Of a stretch of 64,000 bases of DNA, positions 17,729 through 26,024 are shown in pieces. The position numbers were made by a program, and so were the translations under genes. The notes below the pieces were generated by a model. That model did not search any database, was not told where the DNA came from, and saw only the letters and a list, made by a program, of their open reading frames with translations. Source of the stretch: Acidobacteriota bacterium (lineage in GTDB: Bacteria; Acidobacteriota; Vicinamibacteria; Vicinamibacterales; Fen-181); assembly GCA_003170135.1 (NCBI GenBank), contig PMZR01000084.1, positions 36,674 to 100,673 of the forward strand, in the 5' to 3' direction. The first letter of the stretch is position 1. Each line of letters starts with the position of its first letter.

Positions 17729-18175
17729 ATGGGCGAACCGGTTCGAGTCGGCATCATCATCTGCGATCGGTACCGCACCTGCGCCGGAGGCAAGTGCCTG
17801 AGGGCGCTTCGCCAGCGCGAGGGGGCGTTCGCCGCCTACCAGGGCCGCGAGGTCGAACTCGTCGGCTACACGACGTGCAGCGGGTGCCCGGGTGGAAATA
17901 TCGAGTACGCGCCCGAGGAGATGAAGAAGAACGGGGCGCAGGTCGTCCACCTGGCCACGGGGATGCTCGTGGGCTACCCGCCCTGCCCGCACATCGACGC
18001 GTTCCGTCGCTTCATCCCGGAGAAGTACGGCCTCGAGGTCGTGATCGGCACGCATCCGATTCCGCAGAAGTACTACCTGACGCACGAGCACTGCGGCACA
18101 TGGGAGGATCCAGAGTGGCCATCGCGCCTTCGGCTGACGCTGACCGACGAGCGGACGCGGAAGGCCTACGACTGA
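17729..18175 (+). CDS. CGGC-domain protein
   Basis: 148 aa. ATG 17729 with GGGGAAGAGGAG upstream. IIICDRYRTCAGGKC and YTTCSGCPGG motifs. Confidence 0.65.
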   Translation: MGEPVRVGIIICDRYRTCAGGKCLRALRQREGAFAAYQGREVELVGYTTCSGCPGGNIEYAPEEMKKNGAQVVHLATGMLVGYPPCPHIDAFRRFIPEKYGLEVVIGTHPIPQKYYLTHEHCGTWEDPEWPSRLRLTLTDERTRKAYD

Positions 18176-18274
18176 ACGCGCCGCGTCCCGGCCTAAGAAC
18201 TGCTGCGCGGCGTCTCAAACCAGATCGCGAGCGCCACGGTCCTACAATAGAGGTTCGACTGCGCCGGTGCGTCG

Positions 18275-18520
18275 ATGGCGTCCGTCCTGAGGTCTGGCAC
18301 CATGTCTTTCGACCCTGGGTGGATCATGCTCGAGCTCCTCGTCGGAGGAGTCGGCTTCATGCTGTTCACTTACGGCAGGAAACAGCTTCGAATCCCCCAG
18401 ATGGTGGCCGGCGTGTTGTTCATGGTGTACCCCTTCTTCGTCACGAGTTCGGTCGGGCTCGTTGTCGCAGGCATCGTCCTCGGCGGCGGACTCTGGTTGG
18501 TTATCCGGATGGGGTGGTAG
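18275..18520 (+). CDS. Small two-TM membrane protein, unknown function
   Basis: 81 aa with two clear hydrophobic helices. No family recognised. Confidence 0.4.
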   Translation: MASVLRSGTMSFDPGWIMLELLVGGVGFMLFTYGRKQLRIPQMVAGVLFMVYPFFVTSSVGLVVAGIVLGGGLWLVIRMGW

Positions 18521-18542
18521 GAATCACTGACGGGAGACGACA

Positions 18543-19241
18543 ATGAAAACGAGCTTCCTTCTGCTGGCCTGGCTGTCCTGCGGTCTGCTGCTCCCGTCCG
18601 CGGTCGGCGCACAAACCAAGCCGTTGACGATGGAGGAGATGCACAAGCTGCATCAGGACTCCAAGGCCTACATCGCGATGCTCGAGGACCCGGCGCGCGA
18701 TGCCTACCAGAAGCCCCACGACGTGATCATGGCGCTCGGGTTGAAGGACGGCGAGCGCATCGCGGACATCGGGGCAGGCGCCGGCTACTTCACGCTCCGC
18801 TTCGCGCAACACGTCGGCCACGGAATCGTCTACGGCGTCGACATCAGCCCCGACATGATCCTGCACCTGAACCAGCGCGTCCGCGACGCCGGGCTCGACA
18901 ACGTGCGGACGATTCTCGCGCCGCCCGATGACCCCCTGCTCGGCGACCGCGCCGTCGATCGCTTCTTCATCTGCGAAACGTGGCACCACATCGAAAACCA
19001 CGCCCGATACCTGGCCCTGATGAAGAAGATGCTGCGACCGGGCGGCCAGGTGGTCATCATCGATTTCCCCGACAAGGCCACGCCGGTTGGGCCGCCGATG
19101 GAGATGAGGTTGTCGCGGGAGAGCGTGATCCACGAATTCGAGCAGAGTGGCTTCACCCTCGCGAAGGAGCACACCTTCCTGCCCTACCAGTATTTCCTGG
19201 TGTTCACGGTGGCGGGCAGCCCGCGACAGACCAGCCGCTGA
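18543..19241 (+). CDS. Secreted class I SAM-dependent methyltransferase
   Basis: 232 aa with signal peptide MKTSFLLLAWLSCGLLLPSAVGA. SAM motif IADIGAGAGYFT. Post-I/II motifs. Confidence 0.75.
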   Translation: MKTSFLLLAWLSCGLLLPSAVGAQTKPLTMEEMHKLHQDSKAYIAMLEDPARDAYQKPHDVIMALGLKDGERIADIGAGAGYFTLRFAQHVGHGIVYGVDISPDMILHLNQRVRDAGLDNVRTILAPPDDPLLGDRAVDRFFICETWHHIENHARYLALMKKMLRPGGQVVIIDFPDKATPVGPPMEMRLSRESVIHEFEQSGFTLAKEHTFLPYQYFLVFTVAGSPRQTSR

Positions 19242-19455
19242 GCATATCCACCGCGAGGATGGTTCGACAGCAACCGGGTTGACCGGACCGTCGCGGATGG
19301 GAGATTCCACCGCCGCGACTGATGGAGCGCGCCCGGATCGAATCGACGTCGCCCGCGGATTCCGGCCACGTCGTGCATCGACGAAGGGACCTGACACGTT
19401 ACCGCCTGCGCTAGGGTGGGATTAACCGCAGCGGTATCTGCAATTCAGGCAGTGT

Positions 19456-20943
19456 ATGGATCAAGGCAGCACAACCTTGCAGCAGGATGCTGACCCGCAT
19501 CTGCGACGCGCGTGGATGGGGATGTTCGTCGCGGCGGCGTTGATCGTCGCAATCCGTGCTCTACCCTTCCCGGTGCTGCACGGCCCCGGAGGCGCCCCGC
19601 TTGCCTTGAGTCCATTGGGCCGCACGTCGCTGGCTATCGTGGTCGGAGTTGTCGTTCTGTGGGTCACCGAGGCGCTGCCGTTCCCGGTCACCGCACTGTT
19701 GGTCTTTCTCCTCCTCCCCGCCTTTGGAGTCACGACGTCGATGGACCCGAAGCTGAGTCCCATCGAAGATGCCGTTCGCAACGGCCTTGGGAAACCTGTC
19801 ATCGTTTTCTTCATCGGCGTGCTGCTGCTTTCGACGGCGTTTTCGAAAGCGGGACTGGGAGAACGCGCGGTGGATTGGGTGCTGAAACAGACGGGCGGTC
19901 GGCCGCGCCGCGTGCTGCTGGCCATCCTGATGATCGGGATGTTCCTTGCGGTCTGGATTACCGCACTCGCCGCCGTTGCGACCATCCTTCCGGTCGCCCT
20001 GTCGATCTTGCGCCGAACCGGTGCGAAGCCGGGAGAAAGCAATTTCGGGCGCGCGTTGATGCTGGGAACATGTATGGGACCGCTCATCGGCGGGATGGCC
20101 GCGCCGACAGGCGCGGCTCCAAACGCGATTGCGCTCGACTACCTTGGCCAGGCCGGGGTCAACATCCGGTTCTGGGACTGGCTCGCCGTCGGGTTCCCAT
20201 CTGCGTTACTGCTCATCCCGGTGGCATGGCTCGTCCTGCTGGCCTGTTTTCCGTTTGGCAGCGAACAGGAAGACGCCATCCCCATTCCGGTGAAGACGAA
20301 CGCGCCCCTGTCGTACCGGCAGTGGGCTGTGCTCGTAATCCTGTCGTTGGCCATTCTTGGATGGATCGTGGGGCCTCTGCTGGCGACCAATTCGCGTTCG
20401 AGCGTCTGGCGTTACCCCCAGTGGGTTGGTCTGCTCGCCGGGGTTCTTTGCTTCCTTCCTGGCCTCGGTCTCCTGAAATGGCAGGATGCGGAACGAGGCG
20501 TTCCGTGGCGGATCCTGCTGGTTGTCGCTGCCGGCTTGTCGCTTGGCAATGCGTTCTACAGTTCTCACGCGGCGGATTACGTGACATGGGTGCTGTTTGG
20601 AGGGGTTGTCCAGCTGAGTCCAGCCCTGCGGCCGTCTGCGATCGTGCTGATGGTGGCCGTCCTCCATCTCGTTCTCTCGAGCAACACCGTGACCGGATCG
20701 ATCGTGATTCCGCTGTTGATCTCGATCGCCGGCATGCTGCACATCCCACCGTGGCAGCTCTGCGCGCCGGCAGCGCTGACGGTACCGCTGGCGCTCATCC
20801 TGCCCATTGAAAGCCCCGATGCCCTCATCGCGTACTCCTCCGGCTACTTCTCGGTCAAGGACATGGCCAAGGCGGGCATTCCGATTACCTTGTGCGCGGC
20901 CGCCATCATCGGGCTCGTCCTGAACGTGGTTCACCTTCGATGA
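19456..20943 (+). CDS. SLC13/DASS-family anion:Na+ symporter (candidate sulfate or dicarboxylate permease)
   Basis: 495 aa, polytopic. WVTEALPFPVTAL and SSNTVTGSIVIPLL hairpin-type motifs. Confidence 0.7.
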   Translation: MDQGSTTLQQDADPHLRRAWMGMFVAAALIVAIRALPFPVLHGPGGAPLALSPLGRTSLAIVVGVVVLWVTEALPFPVTALLVFLLLPAFGVTTSMDPKLSPIEDAVRNGLGKPVIVFFIGVLLLSTAFSKAGLGERAVDWVLKQTGGRPRRVLLAILMIGMFLAVWITALAAVATILPVALSILRRTGAKPGESNFGRALMLGTCMGPLIGGMAAPTGAAPNAIALDYLGQAGVNIRFWDWLAVGFPSALLLIPVAWLVLLACFPFGSEQEDAIPIPVKTNAPLSYRQWAVLVILSLAILGWIVGPLLATNSRSSVWRYPQWVGLLAGVLCFLPGLGLLKWQDAERGVPWRILLVVAAGLSLGNAFYSSHAADYVTWVLFGGVVQLSPALRPSAIVLMVAVLHLVLSSNTVTGSIVIPLLISIAGMLHIPPWQLCAPAALTVPLALILPIESPDALIAYSSGYFSVKDMAKAGIPITLCAAAIIGLVLNVVHLR

Positions 20944-20945
20944 TC

Positions 20946-21112
20946 CAGCCTTGCCGGTTGTAGGTCTCCTCGGCCCCCTTGCCGCCGCCCGTGTCCTCAG
21001 CCTGCGCCGCGCCCTTGCGGTCGCGATGAAGTCGATCAGCAGGATCGAGTTCTTCACGACGTGCCCGCAAGCAGGATCAGGCCCATGAACGCGGGCATGC
21101 AACTTTTGCACA
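20946..21112 (-). pseudogene. Short frameshifted remnant of an RND (AcrB/CzcA-type) efflux permease
   Basis: On the minus strand, two adjacent frames read MPAFMGLILLAG and (H)VVKNSILLIDFI. Restoring one base gives GLILLAGIVVKNSILLIDF, the conserved RND C-terminal-half helix. No surrounding ORF. Confidence 0.35.
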
Positions 21113-21133
21113 GCGCGCCGTGAGTCACGGGGA

Positions 21134-21162
21134 TTGACCTCCCGGCGTATTGGGCATATGCT
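21134..21162 (+). promoter_or_regulatory. Candidate sigma70-type promoter (TTGACC-17 nt-TATGCT)
   Basis: -35 at 21134-21139 and -10 at 21157-21162. This would give a near-leaderless transcript for the DUF134 gene (ATG 21173). Confidence 0.3.
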
Positions 21163-21172
21163 CATTACGCGT

Positions 21173-21604
21173 ATGGCTCGTCCTCCACTTCCCCGGCGCG
21201 TCTGTTGCCAGATCGGCGTCCGCGGGTTCCGCCCGATCGGCAAACCCGCCTGCGCGACCGAGCTCGTCACGATCGGACGCGATGAACTCGAGGCGATCCG
21301 GCTCGCCGATCTCGAAGGCCTCTACCAGGAGGCCGCGGCCGAGCGGATGGGCGTGTCGCGCCAGACGTTCGCACGCATCCTGACGCACGCGAGGGAAGTC
21401 GTGGCGCAGGGGCTGATCGAAGGCAAGGCGCTCCTCATCGAAACCGGCGCCGCCGTGGACGGTCCCGCCCCGCCGCTCACCTGCCCAGTTCACGGGGGCG
21501 CGCGGCGTCGTGGCCGGGGATGCCGATGCGCGGGCAGGCAGGCGTGCGACCGCCACGGGCCGGGCGGCGGGCTCTGCCGCACGGCGCCCGATGCGGAGAA
21601 ATGA
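21173..21604 (+). CDS. DUF134 (UPF0251) putative DNA-binding protein
   Basis: Starts MARPPLPRRVCCQIGVRGFRPIG, the characteristic DUF134 N-terminus. HTH-like EAAERMGVSRQTFARIL. Confidence 0.7.
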   Translation: MARPPLPRRVCCQIGVRGFRPIGKPACATELVTIGRDELEAIRLADLEGLYQEAAAERMGVSRQTFARILTHAREVVAQGLIEGKALLIETGAAVDGPAPPLTCPVHGGARRRGRGCRCAGRQACDRHGPGGGLCRTAPDAEK

Positions 21605-22275
21605 TGGAGGAGGCGCGAGATATGGCCGACACGAACACGCCATCGACCGACGACGGCCTGGAAGTCGTCGCCAGGCAGCTGCGCGAGGCGCGGGAGCACT
21701 ATGTGAAGCGGCTGGCGGCGTACAAGCTGGCTGGCTACGACCGGCCCGCAGCGGTGCGCTTCGTCGTCGATCAGGCCGAAGGGCTCTCGGGCCCGATCCT
21801 TGACGTCGGCTCAGGCCAGGGCATGCTGGCGATGGAGTTCGCGCGGCGCGGCCTGGAGGTGGTCAGCGTCGACGTGAACCCGAATGAGCAGATGACCGCC
21901 ATCTTGAACGCGCAACTCGAAGCGCTGCCCGGTCGGATCACGTTCATGGCCACCGACGCGCGGCGCGTTCCGTTTCAGGATTGTGCATTTGGGGCAGCCG
22001 CGGCCATGGATGCGCTGCATCACCTGGCCGAGGGCGAGCCGGTCTTCGCCGAGATGGTCCGGGTCGTGAGACCGTCTGGCAAGATTCTCCTGGCCGAGTT
22101 CGATCGGCACGGCCTGGAGATCGTCGCGCGTGTGCATCGGTCCGAAGGGCGGGACCATCCGGTCGGCCCGGTCACGTTCGCCAGCGCGGTTGACTGGTTC
22201 GTCGCCCGCGGCCTGAGGCTGGACGTACGCCGCAAAGGACACCTTCATTCCGTCGCCGTATTCAGCAAACCCTAG
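21601..22275 (+). CDS. Class I SAM-dependent methyltransferase
   Basis: ATGA overlap with the DUF134 stop. ILDVGSGQGMLAMEFARRG SAM motif. Confidence 0.7.
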   Translation: MMEEARDMADTNTPSTDDGLEVVARQLREAREHYVKRLAAYKLAGYDRPAAVRFVVDQAEGLSGPILDVGSGQGMLAMEFARRGLEVVSVDVNPNEQMTAILNAQLEALPGRITFMATDARRVPFQDCAFGAAAAMDALHHLAEGEPVFAEMVRVVRPSGKILLAEFDRHGLEIVARVHRSEGRDHPVGPVTFASAVDWFVARGLRLDVRRKGHLHSVAVFSKP

Positions 22276-22347
22276 GAGCGCGTGCGGCTCGCACCCGGAC
22301 TCCTGACAGCCGCGCGTTGGGCGCGATTTTCCAGGAAGAGGACTCAT

Positions 22348-22743
22348 ATGCGTATCTGTATTCCCGTACTCGAAGACAACGGTCTCGAAAGCCGCGTGAG
22401 CGCACACTTTGGTTCCGCTCCCGCGTTCATGATTGTCGATACCGAATCCGGGGCGTGCCGGGCCATCGTCAACACCGACAGCCATCATCAGCACGGCATG
22501 TGCCAGCCGCTCGCCGCCGTTGCCGGCGAAGCGGTGGACAGCATCGTTGTGGGCGGGATCGGCATGGGCGCGCTGATGAAGCTCGAGGCGGCGAACATCG
22601 CCGTGTTCCATGCGGACCGCGAGACCGTGGGCGCGACACTCGATGCCTTCAAGGCCGGAACGTTGCGCCGGGTCGATGCGCAGAGCGCGTGCGGACACCA
22701 TGGACACCAGCACGGGCATCCCGGCGGCCCGGCGGCGTATTGA
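22348..22743 (+). CDS. NifX/NifB-like (dinitrogenase FeMo-cofactor biosynthesis domain) protein with His-rich tail
   Basis: 131 aa with AGGAAGAGGA upstream. HFGSAPAFMIVD and IVVGGIGMGA motifs. Tail CGHHGHQHGH. Confidence 0.7.
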   Translation: MRICIPVLEDNGLESRVSAHFGSAPAFMIVDTESGACRAIVNTDSHHQHGMCQPLAAVAGEAVDSIVVGGIGMGALMKLEAANIAVFHADRETVGATLDAFKAGTLRRVDAQSACGHHGHQHGHPGGPAAY

Positions 22744-22751
22744 GCGCTGTG

Positions 22752-23264
22752 ATGCTCGAAGAGGCACGCGCCGACGGCCGGCGTTCTCTCGCGCTCACCG
22801 TGGTCGGGATGATCCACACGCCGTATCGCACACCGGAGGGCACGCCGATCCAGTCCAGGTTTGGCGAAGGGATCGAGGCGACGGTGACGGTGCGAGAGGA
22901 GTACGCCGATGCGCTGACGGACATCGAGGGGTTCGAGCGGCTCTGGCTCGTGTACTGGCTCGATCGGGCGGGGCCGTACGCCCCGCTCGTCGTGCCCTAT
23001 CGCGACGACCGGTCCCACGGGCTCTTCGCCACGCGAGCGCCCGCGAGGCCAAATCCGATTGGCCTCTCCGTGGTGCGACTGCTCGCGCGAGAGGGTGCGC
23101 TGCTGCGCGTGGCGGACATCGACGTGCTCGACGGCACGCCACTGGTCGACATCAAGCCCTACGTGCCAGAGTTCGACGCATACCCGGACTCGAAGGCCGG
23201 GTGGTTCGACTGCAATCGGGTCGATCGGACGAGGGCCGACGGGAGATTTCACGGCCGCGGATGA
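22752..23264 (+). CDS. TsaA/TrmO (YaeB, UPF0066) family methyltransferase-like protein
   Basis: 170 aa. RPNPIGLSVVRLL and LDGTPLVDIKPYVPEFD motifs. Confidence 0.75.
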   Translation: MLEEARADGRRSLALTVVGMIHTPYRTPEGTPIQSRFGEGIEATVTVREEYADALTDIEGFERLWLVYWLDRAGPYAPLVVPYRDDRSHGLFATRAPARPNPIGLSVVRLLAREGALLRVADIDVLDGTPLVDIKPYVPEFDAYPDSKAGWFDCNRVDRTRADGRFHGRG

Positions 23265-23287
23265 CGCGCCGCGATTGAGGAGGAAAC

Positions 23288-23740
23288 ATGACACGCTCGG
23301 CACTGATATTGTTCGGCGCGACGATGCTGCTCGGCATGTCGACGCTGGCGTTCGCGCAGACCCGCGGGCCCCAGGGCGCCGGACGGGGCGCGCCCCAGGG
23401 CGGACGAAACTACGATCCCGCGAGCGAGGTCACGATGGCCGGGACAATCGACGACGTCAGGAACGTGACCGCACCGGCAAACGGCCTGGGCGGCCTGCAC
23501 CTGACGGTGCGCGGTGATGCGGGCGTGCTGGACGTGCATCTCGGCCCCGCAAGCTTCGTGAAGGCGAAGCACTTCGAGTTCGCGAAGGGTGACGCGATCA
23601 CCGTGACTGGCTCGAAGGTGAAGATCGGCGGACAGGATGTGGTGATCGCACGCGAAGTGACGAAGGGCGGTCAGGTACTCACGCTCCGCGATGCCAAGGG
23701 ATTCCCGCTCTGGTCGGGACGAGCGCGAGGGGCGCGGTAG
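23288..23740 (+). CDS. Secreted hypothetical protein
   Basis: 150 aa. Signal peptide ending LAFAQT. G/R-rich linker. No family recognised. Confidence 0.45.
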   Translation: MTRSALILFGATMLLGMSTLAFAQTRGPQGAGRGAPQGGRNYDPASEVTMAGTIDDVRNVTAPANGLGGLHLTVRGDAGVLDVHLGPASFVKAKHFEFAKGDAITVTGSKVKIGGQDVVIAREVTKGGQVLTLRDAKGFPLWSGRARGAR

Positions 23741-24186
23741 AGGAATCGACGAGGCGGCTCTTCCTGCCCTTTGTCGGTTCAGCTCACGCGCGACCGGTAG
23801 CCGGTATCGCGCGGTGCGCCCCAGCGGGCCCCATCGCCGCAATCGACGGCAGGCGACTACGCCGAGGATCTCGCGGCGGAGATGCTCGCCACGACGCTCG
23901 GCCTGGAATTCGACGCCGACAAGAGCTGGGACGAGAAGCAAGAGGTCTACAGGCTTTCACGTCAGATCGTCCGGACTCAGAACGTGACCCAGACAGCAGT
24001 CGGTGACAAGACGGGCCTGTGGACCACGGTCATCGCAGCCACCGTCATGGTGGAGTGACGGGGACGGTCGCATTCATGATCGAACGAGCACGGTCGGGCG
24101 GCGAGCGGCCGCACCGCAGCCATCGGCACAGAACATCGTTGACGGCGGCACGCCGATGGGGATAATCCGCGCCGAGGAGTCAATCG

Positions 24187-24981
24187 ATGAACAAGGGCAT
24201 CCTGCGACGTGAGTTCCTCGGATTGGGGTGGGCGGTGGGCGGATTCTGCGTGGGACAGAGCGTGGAGCCGGCGATTGTCCAACCGAGCCAGGCTGGGGCG
24301 CCGCCGTTTCCCTGGCAGTACCGGCAACTCGACGTCGCACGGGTGAAGGCGCGGGCCTACACCGGCTATTTCAAGGGCGGGTGCATGTACGGGGTCTTCG
24401 AGGCGGTTGCCGGCAGCGTCGCCGACGCCCTCGGCAAGCCCTACACTGAATTTCCCTTCGAGCTGAGCACGTACGGCGGTGGAGGCGTCGCAGCGTGGGG
24501 AACGCTTTGCGGGACCTGCAACGGCACCGCGATGGCAATTGCGCTCTTCCATCAGGGCGAGCTGCGGAACACGCTCGTTCACGACGTCTTCTAGTGGTAC
24601 GAAGCGACGAGCCTTCCGTCCTACGCGCCCGAGACGCCGGTCAAGGTCGCGAAGGCGTTCCCGATGCCGTGCTCGCGCGCGGGCTCCGTGCTCTGCCACG
24701 TGTCGATCGCGCGATGGACGGCGGGGGCGGGATTCGCCGCATCCTCACCGGAACGCCTCGAACGCTGCGCGCGCCTGGTGGCGGATGTCGCCGGCCATGT
24801 CGCCGACGCCCTGAACATGGCGCAGGGACAGTACACTCCACGAACGTCGATCAGCGACGTGGCGGCCGGCTGCCTTGCGTGCCACGGTGAGGGGAAGCGG
24901 GCTCCACGCGAGGCGGAGGTGGTGGGCCGAATGGCCTGCACCGGATGCCACGAGGATCCGCACAACCGGAAGAAGCGATGA
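24187..24981 (+). pseudogene. Tat-exported C_GCAxxG_C_C / split-Soret cytochrome c-like dihaem protein interrupted by an in-frame TAG (24592-24594)
   Basis: ORFs 24187..24594 and 24664..24981 are in the same frame. Only one stop separates ...LVHDVF*WYEATSLP.... Tat motif RREFLGLG. GGCMYGVF and LCGTCNG motifs. Two CxxCH (CLACH, CTGCH). Confidence 0.55.
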
Positions 24982-25320
24982 TTCGTCACGCGGTGTCGCG
25001 CTGAAGTGCTGGAATTACTTCATACGATTCCACTCGGGGTCCCGAAGACGACCGTCGGTTTCGAACTGCCGCTGCCCGATCTGACCGATCCCAACTTCAC
25101 CCCCGAGCCCGACGCCGACTGGTTATCGGCCTGGAGTTCTAGCGGGCCTGAACGACCAACGCCGGTGACGGGCGAAGCAGGAACTCCGGTCCTCGCGGTC
25201 GACCATGACACGGTTCCCCGACCCGCGACGGCAGGACCTCACCGTCGTTCCGCGATCGTTTGCGAGTGCCCAGCCGCACCTCCTGCCCGCCGGAACTGAA
25301 ACAGGAACCTGAAACATCGA

Positions 25321-25349
25321 TTGACAGCCACGGCCGGGATTGTCACAAT
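25321..25349 (+). promoter_or_regulatory. Candidate sigma70-type promoter (TTGACA-17 nt-CACAAT)
   Basis: ttgaca 25321-25326 and cacaat 25344-25349, upstream of the merR-octahaem operon. Confidence 0.3.
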
Positions 25350-25499
25350 GTGCCAAGACCTACATCCGTGAATGTAGCTTTTCACGGCTGGTCACGCCCC
25401 CTGAAGGTTTCCTGTCCCCCGGTCGACTGCCCCCGATTGTTCCGCGCCTGCGCCCCCGCCGCGGTTCCCGCTGCGCGCGAGCGAGAAAGGACTCGAGCC

Positions 25500-26024
25500 G
25501 TGGGCCGTCTGAAGGTTCGCACCGCGACCCCCGCCAGGGCACCGCGCGCCGGGTGCGCGGGTGACAACGACACGCCGGTCTTTTCGATCGGTGAGGTCGC
25601 AACCCGGCTCGACGTCTCCGTGCAGGTCCTTCGTCTGTACGAACAGCGAGGCCTCATCCTGGTCCGCAAGGGCGCGGGAGGACAGCGCTGCTACTCGGAG
25701 TCCGACATCGAGCGCCTCGAGTGCATCAGGGCCGCGATCACCGAGCACAAGATTTCGATCGAGGGGATCCGGCGGCTGCAGTCGCTCGTGCCCTGCTGGG
25801 AGCACATCCAGTGTTCCGCCAGACAGCGCCGGAACTGCCCTGCGTACCTGACGCCGACGGGCGGCTGCTGGGCGCACCCCGAGCGGAGCGCCGTCTGCCG
25901 CCAGGCGGACTGTCGCCAGTGCGACGTCTACAGACTGTCGTCGAATTGCGACACCATCAAGGCCTTCATTCGTCGCACCGTTTCTCATTCACACCAATCG
26001 CCTCATAAGGACAACCAGTCATGA
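25500..26024 (+). CDS. MerR-family transcriptional regulator with Cys-rich C-terminal domain
   Basis: HTH FSIGEVATRLDVSVQVLRLYEQRGL. C-terminus has 8 Cys (CWEHIQC...CPAY...CW...CRQADCRQC). GTG 25500 was chosen (GAAAGGA upstream), so the start is uncertain. ATGA overlap with the next gene. Confidence 0.7.
   Translation: MGRLKVRTATPARAPRAGCAGDNDTPVFSIGEVATRLDVSVQVLRLYEQRGLILVRKGAGGQRCYSESDIERLECIRAAITEHKISIEGIRRLQSLVPCWEHIQCSARQRRNCPAYLTPTGGCWAHPERSAVCRQADCRQCDVYRLSSNCDTIKAFIRRTVSHSHQSPHKDNQS

Noticed and set aside
19242-19455. Possible small RNA or tRNA in the 214-nt gap before the SLC13 gene.
   Set aside because: No cloverleaf-compatible arms or T-loop consensus (GTTCRANYC), and no conserved riboswitch-like motif that I can recognise.
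23801-24058. Stop-free frame encoding ...[67 protein letters not shown].
   Set aside because: The composition is protein-like, but there are only 58 codons from the first ATG, no RBS and no recognisable family. It may be a gene fragment. The evidence is too weak to annotate.
24592-24594. In-frame TAG as a pyrrolysine codon.
   Set aside because: No pylT or pylSBCD genes are visible in the window. I know of no Pyl-containing members of this protein family. A nonsense mutation or sequencing error is more parsimonious. It is kept as a finding only because the frame is otherwise intact.
25006-25299. 97-aa ORF in the 518-nt gap between the split-Soret-like gene and merR.
   Set aside because: No recognisable domain, Pro/Thr-rich, no RBS. 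The gap more likely holds regulatory sequence, including the TTGACA/CACAAT candidate promoter, or a decayed gene.
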